This document shows, in pieces, positions 1 through 11,152 of a stretch of DNA of 64,000 nt. Position 1 is the stretch's first letter. Every line of letters begins with the position of its first letter. The stretch spans positions 1 through 64,000 of the forward strand of contig JAVJNR010000002.1 of assembly GCA_040217195.1 (NCBI GenBank), read 5' to 3'. A program made the translations under genes and the position numbers. The DNA is from Leptospiraceae bacterium. Its GTDB lineage: Bacteria > Spirochaetota > Leptospiria > Leptospirales > Leptonemataceae. The notes below the pieces were generated by a model. That model was given only the letters and a program-made list of their open reading frames with translations, did no database searches and was not told where the DNA came from.

Positions 1-1540
<1,540 letters not shown>

Positions 1541-1544
<4 letters not shown>

Positions 1545-2995
1545 AATCCTATGCCGGTTTTCTAGCCTATCGTTTGAAGATGGAATCAGCCGATTTCTGC
1601 GTTTCCGAGATTTCAGATCTGCCGCTGCTTTCGTCGAACAAGGATTCAACCGGTGACGGGCAGAAACCATCCACCGGAGCTTCCGCCAGCCCCGGAAAGC
1701 GAGGAGCCAAACGAAACCAGAGAGCAACGGATCATTACTCGGTCTATTCGTTGCAGAAGGATGGATGGAACACTGTTGACGTATTATTGAAGACTGCGGC
1801 TCGCTTCAAGATCCCAATCCGGGATATACTTTACGGTGGCAAAAAAGACAGGCACGCTCGGACTCAACAATGGATTACTGCTCCTCCATCCCCGGATTTA
1901 ACCCACAGTACGGATGCCTATAGCCTGGAGTATGTTGGAACCTCCAGCAAACCCATGGGACCAGAAAACATAGCCGGGAATCGATTCACACTTACAGTGC
2001 GAAATATTCTGGAGCGGGAAACGACTCAGGTGGAAGCCGGGGCCCGGCGACTAAAGCAACTGGGCTTCCCCAACTATTTTGATGACCAGAGGTTTGGTTC
2101 TTTTCATCCATTGGTAGGATTTCCATTTTTATGTCTGTTTCGAGGAGATCCAGAATCCGCACTGAGATATACATTGCTATCAGCCTTTGGTGGGGATAAG
2201 CCTCATGCGAAAAAGCGAAAGAAGGCCATAAACGATGTCTGGGGCCAATGGGATCGATGTCTAAAACTGGCCCATACAAAAACCGAAGAAGCAATATTAC
2301 AGCAGCTCAAGAAACAGAATTGCAATTCGGGCGACCTCTCCAGCGAATCCAGAAAGGCATTTACCAGGCTTCTGGATCGTCTTCCCAGGGAGGAGCTGAG
2401 CATGGGCTTCTCTGCACTTCAAAGCTGGATATTCAATGAAAGTGTATCCAGACTGTTTCGCTTTATTCAAAATCCCGGCCGCGAAGTACAACGTCCCTTT
2501 TCAGGAAAGAATTTCAAAGCAGTGGAAATAAAAACCAAAACCGGGGACCAATGCTTCCCATTCAGCATTCCGGAAAGCCTGGGTAAGGTCTTGAATACCA
2601 TGGAACTGCAATTGCTGGGCCCTGGTCGAAAAGAGCAATCAAGAGTCGATAGTAAGAGACCTTCCGGAGAAATCCTTGCCAGCACATTGACAGAGAATTC
2701 CAGCGAAGCAGATTTAAGCCTGGCCATCCAGGAAATCTATTATTCCAGTGAAAACCAGGTTCTAAACATACTGGAAATACCCGAAGAATCCTTTCAGAGA
2801 TCTTACCTGGAACGGGCCTTTCTAAAGAGCTATTCCAGACCAATCTGGTGTGTTCCAGAAGAAATGACCTGGTCCGATTTTGAAAAAGATGAACTAAACG
2901 ATGGCAAGCTTAAATATACAGTGGAATTCACGTTACCCCGAGGGACGTATGCTACCATGGCTATGAAGGCGTTGCATCTTAGACTGAAGCAGTAA
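1541..2995 (+). CDS. truD: tRNA pseudouridine(13) synthase TruD
   Basis: GKKDRHARTQQW (catalytic Asp), GNRFTL, GFPNYFDDQRFG, C-terminal FTLPRGTYAT; ATGA overlap with the P450 stop. Confidence 0.92.
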
Positions 2996-3037
2996 GGGCT
3001 TCCTTTTATGCTTCACTCCGGCTTTTCTGCAATGATT

Positions 3038-3190
3038 GCCGGAACCGGCATCACAGCTTTCAGGGATAGAATTGCCAGCCATCTGTTGGCCGGCACTGGC
3101 ATTACAGGTTCCCGGGACCGAGGGGATGGCAGCCAGTTGACGGTCACCAGGAGCACAGCTTTCAGGAATAGAATGGCCAGCCGCCGATTT
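3038..3190. repeat. Degenerate 51-bp tandem repeat, 3 units
   Basis: Units start at 3038, 3089 and 3140; units 1 and 3 share cacagctttcagg(g/a)atagaat(t/g)gccagcc. Confidence 0.7.
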
Positions 3191-3297
3191 GCGGTGACAT
3201 TGTTACTCACTATCGAGCAGAGGGATGAATCCTTACGCAGGGATAAACGACTCGGGGATGAATCTAAGAGAAAGGAATTTCTTTATAGGCCCTGCCT

Positions 3298-4074
3298 TCA
3301 ACGGTTCTTCATTCGAGCTCTAACGTAACTTTCCATGGAATCAAGAAATTCAGGTCCATGAATTGGCTCACCATGCCCGGCTATGACTATGGATGGTTTT
3401 TTATGCCGTAGAATGGATAGTGCCTTGAGCATGGATTCTTCATTCACATCTCCATCAAAATAAAGCGGAATAGAAAGCAAACTACCTGCATAAAGTACCC
3501 GACCCTCCGGAAAGAAATATGCGGTGTTTCCGGGCGAATATCCTGGAGGCAATGCAATCACTTCCACCTTTCCATCAAATAGAGTGCCATCCCTTTTGAT
3601 TGTTTCGCTGATCAGAGGCATGGGCGGATGGGACCAGGAGGAAAATAAACTCATCTGCTGATCCATTACATGCCAGCGCCTGCGAATCTGTCTTTCCGTT
3701 TCAATTGATGCGATCACAGGAATATTTTTGGAATGGAAAGCGCTGAGCCCGCCGGTACGGTGAATATGATAGCTGGTAATCACCACTCCTTTGAAATCAC
3801 CATATCCTTCGGTCATGGATTTCCATATTATTCGGCCGGCCGTTCCGGGAAGATAGGTTCCATCTAAGAAAAAGATCGAATCTTCCGATACATAGTATAG
3901 ACTGTTAGCCCCCCAGTAGTTGCCATCCTGGACTAACCGAATGTGCTTTGTTAGCTTCTGGATTTTCAGTGGAACATCCCCTCGGTCCACCGGTCCGGGA
4001 ATGGATGGGGCGGCCGTGCAGCCGGGGGAAAAAATCAGCATGAGGATTAGAATTCTGGTCGATTTTCGCTTCAT
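3298..4074 (-). CDS. Metallo-beta-lactamase-fold putative lipoprotein, CphA/subclass B2-like, with altered metal ligands
   Basis: VVITSYHIHRTGG, PGYSPGN, FPEGRVLYAGS, VIAGHGEPIHGPEFLD; lipobox-like FSPGC; start placed at MKRKS. Confidence 0.8.
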   Translation of the reverse strand: MKRKSTRILILMLIFSPGCTAAPSIPGPVDRGDVPLKIQKLTKHIRLVQDGNYWGANSLYYVSEDSIFFLDGTYLPGTAGRIIWKSMTEGYGDFKGVVITSYHIHRTGGLSAFHSKNIPVIASIETERQIRRRWHVMDQQMSLFSSWSHPPMPLISETIKRDGTLFDGKVEVIALPPGYSPGNTAYFFPEGRVLYAGSLLSIPLYFDGDVNEESMLKALSILRHKKPSIVIAGHGEPIHGPEFLDSMESYVRARMKNR

Positions 4075-4197
4075 ATATTCGAATCGAATCCTGTGCACCC
4101 GGTAGGGAGCCAGGAAAGGTCAGCTTATAATTTCTCCGCGAAATCTGCAATCATTGAGAGCCATATGTCTTCCAGGAAATCTTCAAGCCCAATAAAT

Positions 4198-4995
4198 ATG
4201 ATTCATTTCAAATCAAAGTATCTCTTCTGCATTCTGGCTCTTCCGGTATTCTCAGGCAGCCTGTTTGCTCAGAATAATTCTCCGGAAGCAGTGGCCCGGC
4301 TCTGGTTCCAGTCCTATTCTCGGGGTGAAATCACAAATCCAGTGAACCTGATGGATTTGACCACCAATGTAAATGGCCCGGATCTCTCTTCCAATGATAC
4401 AACAGGCCGTGGCTCAGTGCAACAGAATCGCCTGATTGGGAAGGATTATCAGTCTACCTTGAAATGCATCACCGGATACTCAATAGCTTACTGCAAAACA
4501 GATGGAATGAGATCCTATCTTGTGGTTCACAGGATCCATGGAGAGTGGAAGCTGCAGCATCCACCTGAGATCCAGGCCAAAACCAAAAACACTTCGGATG
4601 AGGCCAGAACAGAGCCGAAAGTCACACTGTCTCCGGAAAAGGTGGCTGGACTCTGGCTCATTGCAATTGCAAACAGAGATGAAGGTACCCTGCAAAAGAT
4701 AAGCACCTCGGACAGCCTGGGCAGAGTATTAAAGCTTTCCCGGGAAGGTTATAAGGTTCAATCCGAACAGCAAAGAGAAGAATTGGTTCGCAGCGCTCAT
4801 GAACTGTCCAGAATCATGGAGTGCAAGATGATTGAAAATCGGGCTCTGTGCAAACCGGAAGGAAGGAATCGCTGGATTCACCTCACTTTCGATGGAGAGT
4901 GGAAAGTGGACTTTCGAGGATTCGTAGAGTACGACCGAAGCTACATGACTCAGGCCAACGGAAAGGATGCGGTTCCGGCTCCGAGACTTCAATAG
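4198..4995 (+). CDS. Exported hypothetical protein with two internally repeated modules (DUF4878/NTF2-like)
   Basis: Signal peptide ending SLFA; repeated SPExVAxLW...C...C...GEWK modules; start uncertain (4165 or 4198). Confidence 0.65.
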   Translation: MIHFKSKYLFCILALPVFSGSLFAQNNSPEAVARLWFQSYSRGEITNPVNLMDLTTNVNGPDLSSNDTTGRGSVQQNRLIGKDYQSTLKCITGYSIAYCKTDGMRSYLVVHRIHGEWKLQHPPEIQAKTKNTSDEARTEPKVTLSPEKVAGLWLIAIANRDEGTLQKISTSDSLGRVLKLSREGYKVQSEQQREELVRSAHELSRIMECKMIENRALCKPEGRNRWIHLTFDGEWKVDFRGFVEYDRSYMTQANGKDAVPAPRLQ

Positions 4996-5041
4996 AAACT
5001 TCCCATTTGCTGTACGCTATAATGCGGATCCTCAGGATCTT

Positions 5042-5122
5042 TCGGTTCTCTCGGTTCTCTCGGTTCTCTCGATTTTCTCGATTTTCTCGATTTTCTCGGT
5101 TTTCTCGATTTTCTCGGTTTTC
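5042..5122. repeat. 9-bp tandem repeat TCG(G/A)TT(C/T)TC, 9 copies
   Basis: Visible units at 9-bp period; degenerate similar periodicity continues to about 5290. Confidence 0.9.
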
Positions 5123-5384
5123 TGTCTTCTATCAGTTATCCCGGGCTTCTTAATCTTCTCGGACCCATGAAGCATCTCGAGTTGCGAAATCTTCAGGATC
5201 CTCCGGGTTTCTCGCGCGTCTAGATTTTCCGGAGTTTTTCCAGCTACCCCGGTCTTTTCGAGTTTCGTAGTTTTCTGCAGCAATCGGGGATCCTGTGGCT
5301 TTTCAGTCTACACGAGTTTTTTGAATCTTTATTGTTTTCCTTTCTTGCCAGCTAAGCCTTTCCGTGACGAGCTAGACCCATTCC

Positions 5385-5801
5385 ATGGAACTTGTTGCCG
5401 CAATCTTCGTTGTAATTTCTATCCTGGCAGCGGGGTTCATCCTGGGCTACAACCGGGACCGGAGCTACTACACCACCATCCTAATTGTAATCGCATTAAT
5501 CTATGTTCTTTTTGGATTCATGGAAGGATCGGTCCATCGCATTGTTACGGAATCCCTGATCGCTTCAGTATTTATCATTGCAGCCATATTTGGCGGAAAG
5601 ATCAGTCACATCATCACCGGATTGTTTCTGATTCTTCATGGACTGTTCGACTTCCTGCATCCTCGGATATTACCTGGAAATGCAGTGCCGGTTTGGTACC
5701 CGGAATTTTGCCTTTATGTAGACTTGATGCTTGGCCTTTCTGTTATTCTCTTAAGCATCAAGGGCTACCTTTCCATTTCCGAACACGGCAGCCAGAAATA
5801 G
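5385..5801 (+). CDS. Small integral membrane hypothetical protein (DUF6010-like)
   Basis: Four to five hydrophobic segments; HGLFDFLH and VPVWYPEFCLYVD motifs. Confidence 0.7.
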   Translation: MELVAAIFVVISILAAGFILGYNRDRSYYTTILIVIALIYVLFGFMEGSVHRIVTESLIASVFIIAAIFGGKISHIITGLFLILHGLFDFLHPRILPGNAVPVWYPEFCLYVDLMLGLSVILLSIKGYLSISEHGSQK

Positions 5802-5825
5802 AACTAGCACTATATATTACGGACC

Positions 5826-6731
5826 TCATGGCTTGTTCTCAGCAAGAGAGTTCCAGTCGATGAATCCCCGTCCACCGTCCGGCTGACAGACAGGACAAAA
5901 GAATGAATCGTAGCCCAGGACATTGGCTCTCCTGATTCGATTGCCGCAACGGGGACAGGGTTGATCCTTCTTATTTCTCACTTTCATATGATCTCTGTAC
6001 TTCAGCTCCAGGTCTGGTTTCGCCTCCTGAATCGTATGCATACCGGCTCTAAGCACGGTCTGAATGGACTCATATAGTTTTTCCCGATTCTGCTGCGACA
6101 GCTGATTCATTCTAGTTTTAGGATGCAGTCCTGCCTCAAAAAGGATTTCATCTGCATAGGCATTACCTATGGAGCTAATTAAGGATTGATCCATGATAAA
6201 CACACGCACCTGTTTGCGACTTTTTGCAGCCAGCTTCTGAAATAGGTCCAGGCTAAAATCGGCTGAGAGAACATCCATGCCCTGCTTTCTAAAACCCGGT
6301 ATTTGATCCAATCCATCCGACCGGCAGACAAATACTTTGCCCATTTTTCGATCATCCAGATAGTCCAGATGATAATCGAAAAATCTGAATCGAATGGCGG
6401 TGCTGCTTTGCCTTTTTCCATTCAGCCGAAAACGCCCGGCAAGCATTGGGTGGATTACTATGGCCGCCTGACTTTCCCTGGAATCTAACTCAATCTTTGA
6501 ATGATTTGAATCCGCTGAAGCGTTTCTGGTTTCCAATTCATCCAGTAGAATCCAGATAAATGGTCCATGCCGGCGCACATCCAGCACTTGAGATTGAAGA
6601 TTGTCCAGGGGGGCTCCCAGCATATTTCGAAGGATTACAGGCTCGAAGACTTCCAGACCTATCAAAGTCTGACCGATCAGTTTTTTGGCCAGGATGGGAC
6701 GGATATACTCTAAATCAGGCAATTCGGGCAT
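5826..6731 (-). CDS. Fpg/Nei family DNA glycosylase/AP lyase
   Basis: N-terminal MPELPD, H2TH IGNAYADEIL, C-terminal zinc finger CPRCG...CPVCQ; start at MPELP. Confidence 0.93.
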   Translation of the reverse strand: MPELPDLEYIRPILAKKLIGQTLIGLEVFEPVILRNMLGAPLDNLQSQVLDVRRHGPFIWILLDELETRNASADSNHSKIELDSRESQAAIVIHPMLAGRFRLNGKRQSSTAIRFRFFDYHLDYLDDRKMGKVFVCRSDGLDQIPGFRKQGMDVLSADFSLDLFQKLAAKSRKQVRVFIMDQSLISSIGNAYADEILFEAGLHPKTRMNQLSQQNREKLYESIQTVLRAGMHTIQEAKPDLELKYRDHMKVRNKKDQPCPRCGNRIRRANVLGYDSFFCPVCQPDGGRGFIDWNSLAENKP

Positions 6732-6801
6732 AGTAGGACTTTCTTTGCATTCGACTGATTTTCCAGACAAAATTCAAATTTCGATTTTGTGCGAAAGCCA
6801 G

Positions 6802-6829
6802 TAACTTTTGATCCAGTTTCGACCGATAA
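6802..6829 (+). promoter_or_regulatory. Possible sigma-28 (FliA)-type promoter
   Basis: TAAC-N16-ACCGATAA versus consensus TAAA-N15-GCCGATAA, just upstream of the ATG at 6840. Confidence 0.35.
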
Positions 6830-6839
6830 TAAAGACGAA

Positions 6840-7067
6840 ATGATGGTCTCAGGGCTTCAGAATATTTCGCAGATTCCCGGGGAATTTGCCTACCTCAAGC
6901 AATCGGGCAGTAGAGATCCTGTGCAGCCAGTGGAAGCCATTTCTGCCAGAGAACCGAGATACCGGTCCATCTATCCAGAGGAAGCTCTGGATCTGTACAG
7001 CCCCTCTGGAATCCGAAATGAGCTCAAGACCCTGGCTTCGGGTCAGAAAATTGATCGTCTGGCCTGA
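6840..7067 (+). CDS. Small hypothetical protein, C-terminus resembles YjfB-like putative motility proteins
   Basis: 75-aa ORF ending GQKIDRLA. Confidence 0.45.
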   Translation: MMVSGLQNISQIPGEFAYLKQSGSRDPVQPVEAISAREPRYRSIYPEEALDLYSPSGIRNELKTLASGQKIDRLA

Positions 7068-7473
7068 TTACAGGGACGATTCTATTACTGTGCAGCCATC
7101 CAGCTCCTTCCACGAGAATTCAGATTACTATTCACTCATTCTGAGACGCCTGGCAGGCCTCATCGTGGTTGCAGGATCCGTTCTCTCCATGACCTCCTGT
7201 CATTGGATTTTTGGAGAACCTACCATGGATCCCTGCGATCCGGCCCACAATTACTATGAAGGGGATCGGCATTATATCAGCCGCGATTATGTCCAGGAAG
7301 ATGGTACGCTGGACCGACACAAAATGCTGGATGCTATGAAACCAGGGCACGGTCGCTGCGCCGATCCAGAAGAAATCCTGAGAAAGTCCAGGGATCCGTC
7401 TCATACACATTCCGAAACGACGCCAGCCCGCGGTGACGATGAAATCAAATTTCCAGACGCAGATTTGAAATAG
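6886..7473 (+). CDS. Hypothetical lipoprotein (true start probably downstream, about 7100-7190)
   Basis: Hydrophobic stretch LAGLIVVAGSVLSMTSC followed by a soluble domain; fills the gap before valS. Confidence 0.45.
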   Translation: MPTSSNRAVEILCSQWKPFLPENRDTGPSIQRKLWICTAPLESEMSSRPWLRVRKLIVWPDYRDDSITVQPSSSFHENSDYYSLILRRLAGLIVVAGSVLSMTSCHWIFGEPTMDPCDPAHNYYEGDRHYISRDYVQEDGTLDRHKMLDAMKPGHGRCADPEEILRKSRDPSHTHSETTPARGDDEIKFPDADLK

Positions 7474-7508
7474 GGTTTTCCGCACAGACAAAACCGAGAC
7501 GCTGGATC

Positions 7509-10358
7509 ATGGCCCTGGAGCTTGATCCCAAATATAATCCTCGAGGAATCGAGACCCGCTGGTACGAATCCTACGAATCCCATGGAGCTTTTCGACCTGA
7601 ATACGGTGAAGCTCTGGGTGTGACAGATCCTAAAGCGGAACCATTTTCCATCGTCATTCCTCCTCCCAATGTCACCGGCTCTTTGCATGTGGGTCATGCT
7701 CTGGATCAGACCATTCAGGATGTGCTCACCCGTACCGCCAGAAAGCTGGGCCGACCCACTCTCTGGCTTCCAGGAATGGACCATGCTGGCATCGCTACAC
7801 AGAGCCGGGTGGAGAAAAACATTCAGGAAGAAGAAGGTTTGAGCAGGCATGACCTGGGCCGGGAAGAGTTTATTAAGCGGGTCTGGGACTGGAAGGAGCA
7901 TTACGGTGGGGTCATACTAAAACAGCAACGGACCATGCTGTTCTCCCTGGATTGGAGCCGGGAACGATTCACCATGGACGATGGGCTTTCCCGAGCTGTT
8001 CGAAAGGTCTTTGTGGATCTTTATAGAGAAGGGCTTATCTATCGCGATACCAGGATGATTAACTGGGATCCTGTGGCTCATACAGTACTTTCGGACCTGG
8101 AAGTTGAGCATGAAGAAGGGATCAAGGGAGAGCTATACCATTTCGCCTACAAACTCAGTGATGGTTCCGGTGAGGTGGTTGTGGCCACTACTAGACCGGA
8201 AACCATGCTGGGAGATACAGCGATTGCCGTTCATCCGGAGGATCCTCGCCATAAATCACTAATTGGGAAGACGGTAGACCATCCATTTTTGGATAGAAAG
8301 ATACCTGTTGTGGGCGATGCCGAGCTCGTGGATATGGAGTTTGGAACCGGTGCCGTTAAGATCACTCCTGCCCATGATTTCAATGACTTTGAAGTGGGCA
8401 AACGACATGAGCTGGAATCCATTACTATCTTCGATGAATCTGCCTGTGTAAATCTGGAAGGCGGCGATTTCCAGGGCCTGGACCGATTTGAAGCTAGAAA
8501 AAAGATCAAGGAAAAGTTATCAGAGCTCGGTCTGGAAAGAGAAACCAGAGAACATACCATGTCTCTGGGACGATCCCAGCGATCCGGAGCCATTGTAGAA
8601 CCGATGATTTCTACTCAATGGTTTGTTAAAACGAAACCTCTGGCAGAGGTAGCCATCAAAGCAGTAGAAGATGATCAGATCAAATTTTATCCGGCTCAAT
8701 GGGCCAACCTGTATTTCTCCTGGATGCGAGAAATTAGAGATTGGTGTATTTCCAGACAACTCTGGTGGGGCCACCAAATACCTGCCTGGCATTGCTCCAA
8801 TTGCGGTCATACAACGGTTTCTACGGAAGATCCGGACAGGTGTGAAAGCTGCGAAAGCGACGATATCAGCCGAGATGAAGATGTGCTGGATACCTGGTTT
8901 TCCTCCGGTCTGTGGCCATTTTCCACAATGGGATGGCCGGAAGATGCAGAGGATCTTAGAAGATTCTATCCAACCTCCGTTCTGGTAACCGCTTACGACA
9001 TCATTTTTTTCTGGGTGGCCCGTATGATCATGCTGGGCCTTCACTTCAATAAAAAGGAGCCTTTTCAGAAAGTCTACATCCATGGATTGATGCGCGATGA
9101 TCAGGGTCGCAAGATCTCCAAGAGCCTGGGCAATAATATTGATCCGGCTGAAGTGATCGAAGAGTACGGCGCCGATGCCTATCGTTTCTTTTTAATGGCC
9201 ACCCTGACGGAAGGCAAGGATTCCAAGTATTCCGAAAGCAGACTGAAAGGTTATCAGAACTTCACCAATAAAATCTGGAATTCCTCCCGATTTGTGCTCA
9301 TGAATCTGCCGGAAAATTTTGAACCAGTGGCTTCTACATTTCCAGGGGATCTGAAACTGGAGGCAGAAGATTTATGGATTCTGGAGCGATTGAATGAAGC
9401 TTCAGAATCTATGAAACGGACCCTGGAAGAATTCAAATTTCATATTGCTACAGAGGAAGTCTATTCTCTGGTTTGGAATCATTTCTGTGATTGGTACATT
9501 GAACTGATTAAGCCAAGAATTTTTGGCAAGCTGGGAGAAGAGTCGGCGGAGTCGGCTCGCCAATGCGTATACTTTGTGCTGAAAGGAATCCTGGGACTGG
9601 TGCATCCATTCATGCCAGCTATTTCCGAAGAGATTTTTTCCTACCTTCGCACATTTGAGCCCTCTGCAGAAGGCCAGAATTCTCAACCAGCCAGAGCCAG
9701 TAAGAAATCTGCCAGGAAGGAATCCGGCAAATCCACCAAAAAGGCCAGTAGTAAGAAAGCTTCAAGCGGCGCCAAAATGGAGAATGCCCGGGCTGCGGAC
9801 TCCCCGGATATGCCGCGTTTCTTGATGTGGGAGCCCTGGCCGGAAGCCATCAAACTCAAAAAGAAGGATCAGCAACAGGCAGCCCTTCTATCCCAGGTGC
9901 AGGAAATCATCGGTGCAGCAAGAGCCATTCGAGCCGATACGGGTATTGCACCGGATAAGAAAATCCAGATCATTGTATCTACTGAATCAGCCGGTTTGAA
10001 GAAGCTAATAGAAGCCAAACAGGCATCCATCTGCAGGCTGGCCTCCGCTGAGTCGGTGGATGCAAAGAAGTCCTATTCTGCCGGTAAAGCGGATGCCTTT
10101 GAAGCTTTCAGCGAAGGATCTGTCTATGTTCCTCTGGAAGGACTCCTGGACATTGAAAAGGAGCTTGGCCGGATCGGTAAAGACCTGGACAAACAATTAA
10201 AGGCAGCTCAGGGACTGGAAAAGAAGCTCGGTTCCAGCGGTTTTCTCGACAATGCACCTCCAGAGGTCGTAGAAAAGGAAAAAGCCAAACTGGAAGAGGC
10301 CGGTGATAGAATCAAGGTACTGGAAGCGGCCAGGAAACGACTGGAGAGCCTGAAATAA
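7509..10358 (+). CDS. valS: Valine--tRNA ligase
   Basis: PPPNVTGSLHVGH, ATTRPET, GTGAVKITPAHD, DWCISRQLWWGH, KISKS, C-terminal coiled coil. Confidence 0.98.
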   Translation: MALELDPKYNPRGIETRWYESYESHGAFRPEYGEALGVTDPKAEPFSIVIPPPNVTGSLHVGHALDQTIQDVLTRTARKLGRPTLWLPGMDHAGIATQSRVEKNIQEEEGLSRHDLGREEFIKRVWDWKEHYGGVILKQQRTMLFSLDWSRERFTMDDGLSRAVRKVFVDLYREGLIYRDTRMINWDPVAHTVLSDLEVEHEEGIKGELYHFAYKLSDGSGEVVVATTRPETMLGDTAIAVHPEDPRHKSLIGKTVDHPFLDRKIPVVGDAELVDMEFGTGAVKITPAHDFNDFEVGKRHELESITIFDESACVNLEGGDFQGLDRFEARKKIKEKLSELGLERETREHTMSLGRSQRSGAIVEPMISTQWFVKTKPLAEVAIKAVEDDQIKFYPAQWANLYFSWMREIRDWCISRQLWWGHQIPAWHCSNCGHTTVSTEDPDRCESCESDDISRDEDVLDTWFSSGLWPFSTMGWPEDAEDLRRFYPTSVLVTAYDIIFFWVARMIMLGLHFNKKEPFQKVYIHGLMRDDQGRKISKSLGNNIDPAEVIEEYGADAYRFFLMATLTEGKDSKYSESRLKGYQNFTNKIWNSSRFVLMNLPENFEPVASTFPGDLKLEAEDLWILERLNEASESMKRTLEEFKFHIATEEVYSLVWNHFCDWYIELIKPRIFGKLGEESAESARQCVYFVLKGILGLVHPFMPAISEEIFSYLRTFEPSAEGQNSQPARASKKSARKESGKSTKKASSKKASSGAKMENARAADSPDMPRFLMWEPWPEAIKLKKKDQQQAALLSQVQEIIGAARAIRADTGIAPDKKIQIIVSTESAGLKKLIEAKQASICRLASAESVDAKKSYSAGKADAFEAFSEGSVYVPLEGLLDIEKELGRIGKDLDKQLKAAQGLEKKLGSSGFLDNAPPEVVEKEKAKLEEAGDRIKVLEAARKRLESLK

Positions 10359-10360
10359 AT

Positions 10361-11152
10361 ATGCATTTCATAAAGAGAGCCAGCCTTCAAATCGCAGTCC
10401 GGAACCCTCGTTTCAGGCGTCTTCGATACATGGGGTCGCTTTTGTCCATTGGCCTGGTACTGGCTCTTACTCGGTGCAGCATGCCTTATGTTCTCCCCAC
10501 TACCACTGAAGCACAGCCAGCGGAAGGGCCAGGTAGACTCATCACTTCGGAATCTAAGGATTGCAAAGATCCAGCTCTGGCCTCGCAGATTCAGGGTAAG
10601 CTGCAGCTAACACTTGTGCATGGAAACAGAGTCATTCCTGTACGGCCCGGAAGTCATATCACCATATCCCATCCAAGATTTGCATTATTGTTTAACATGG
10701 CTGAATATGATTTATTTTGCGATAGATTCACAGCGGCTCGGGTGATGGCTTCCCAGAATGCAGATTTCATCGAAGGTATTGTAACTCCTCCTTTTCAGAT
10801 CAAAGACACATCCTACCTGGGGGCCGGCTGGAGCATGGCTACCGATCTTTCCATGAGATACGACACATTGTTCCTTACGGAAGGTGGCATGCATTATTTG
10901 ATTCTAAATGTACAGGGCGAACCCATAGAACAGCGACTTTCCATTCAGAGGGTCCTTGGGCCCGGCTTTTATCAGATGCGATGGGATATCTTTGCAGTGG
11001 CCCGTACAACAGATGACTCGTTGAAATACCTGGGTGAAGATAAGACCACCTTTGCCATGCTATTTTTTCGAGACTCTGATCTAGATGAAATCGTGGAAAC
11101 CGGCGAGTTTATGGTATTCTATATTACCATTGCTCCGGATCGATCCAACTGA
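10361..11152 (+). CDS. Hypothetical lipoprotein
   Basis: Lipobox-like LALTRC after a hydrophobic stretch; immediately follows valS; start may be 10430. Confidence 0.6.
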   Translation: MHFIKRASLQIAVRNPRFRRLRYMGSLLSIGLVLALTRCSMPYVLPTTTEAQPAEGPGRLITSESKDCKDPALASQIQGKLQLTLVHGNRVIPVRPGSHITISHPRFALLFNMAEYDLFCDRFTAARVMASQNADFIEGIVTPPFQIKDTSYLGAGWSMATDLSMRYDTLFLTEGGMHYLILNVQGEPIEQRLSIQRVLGPGFYQMRWDIFAVARTTDDSLKYLGEDKTTFAMLFFRDSDLDEIVETGEFMVFYITIAPDRSN

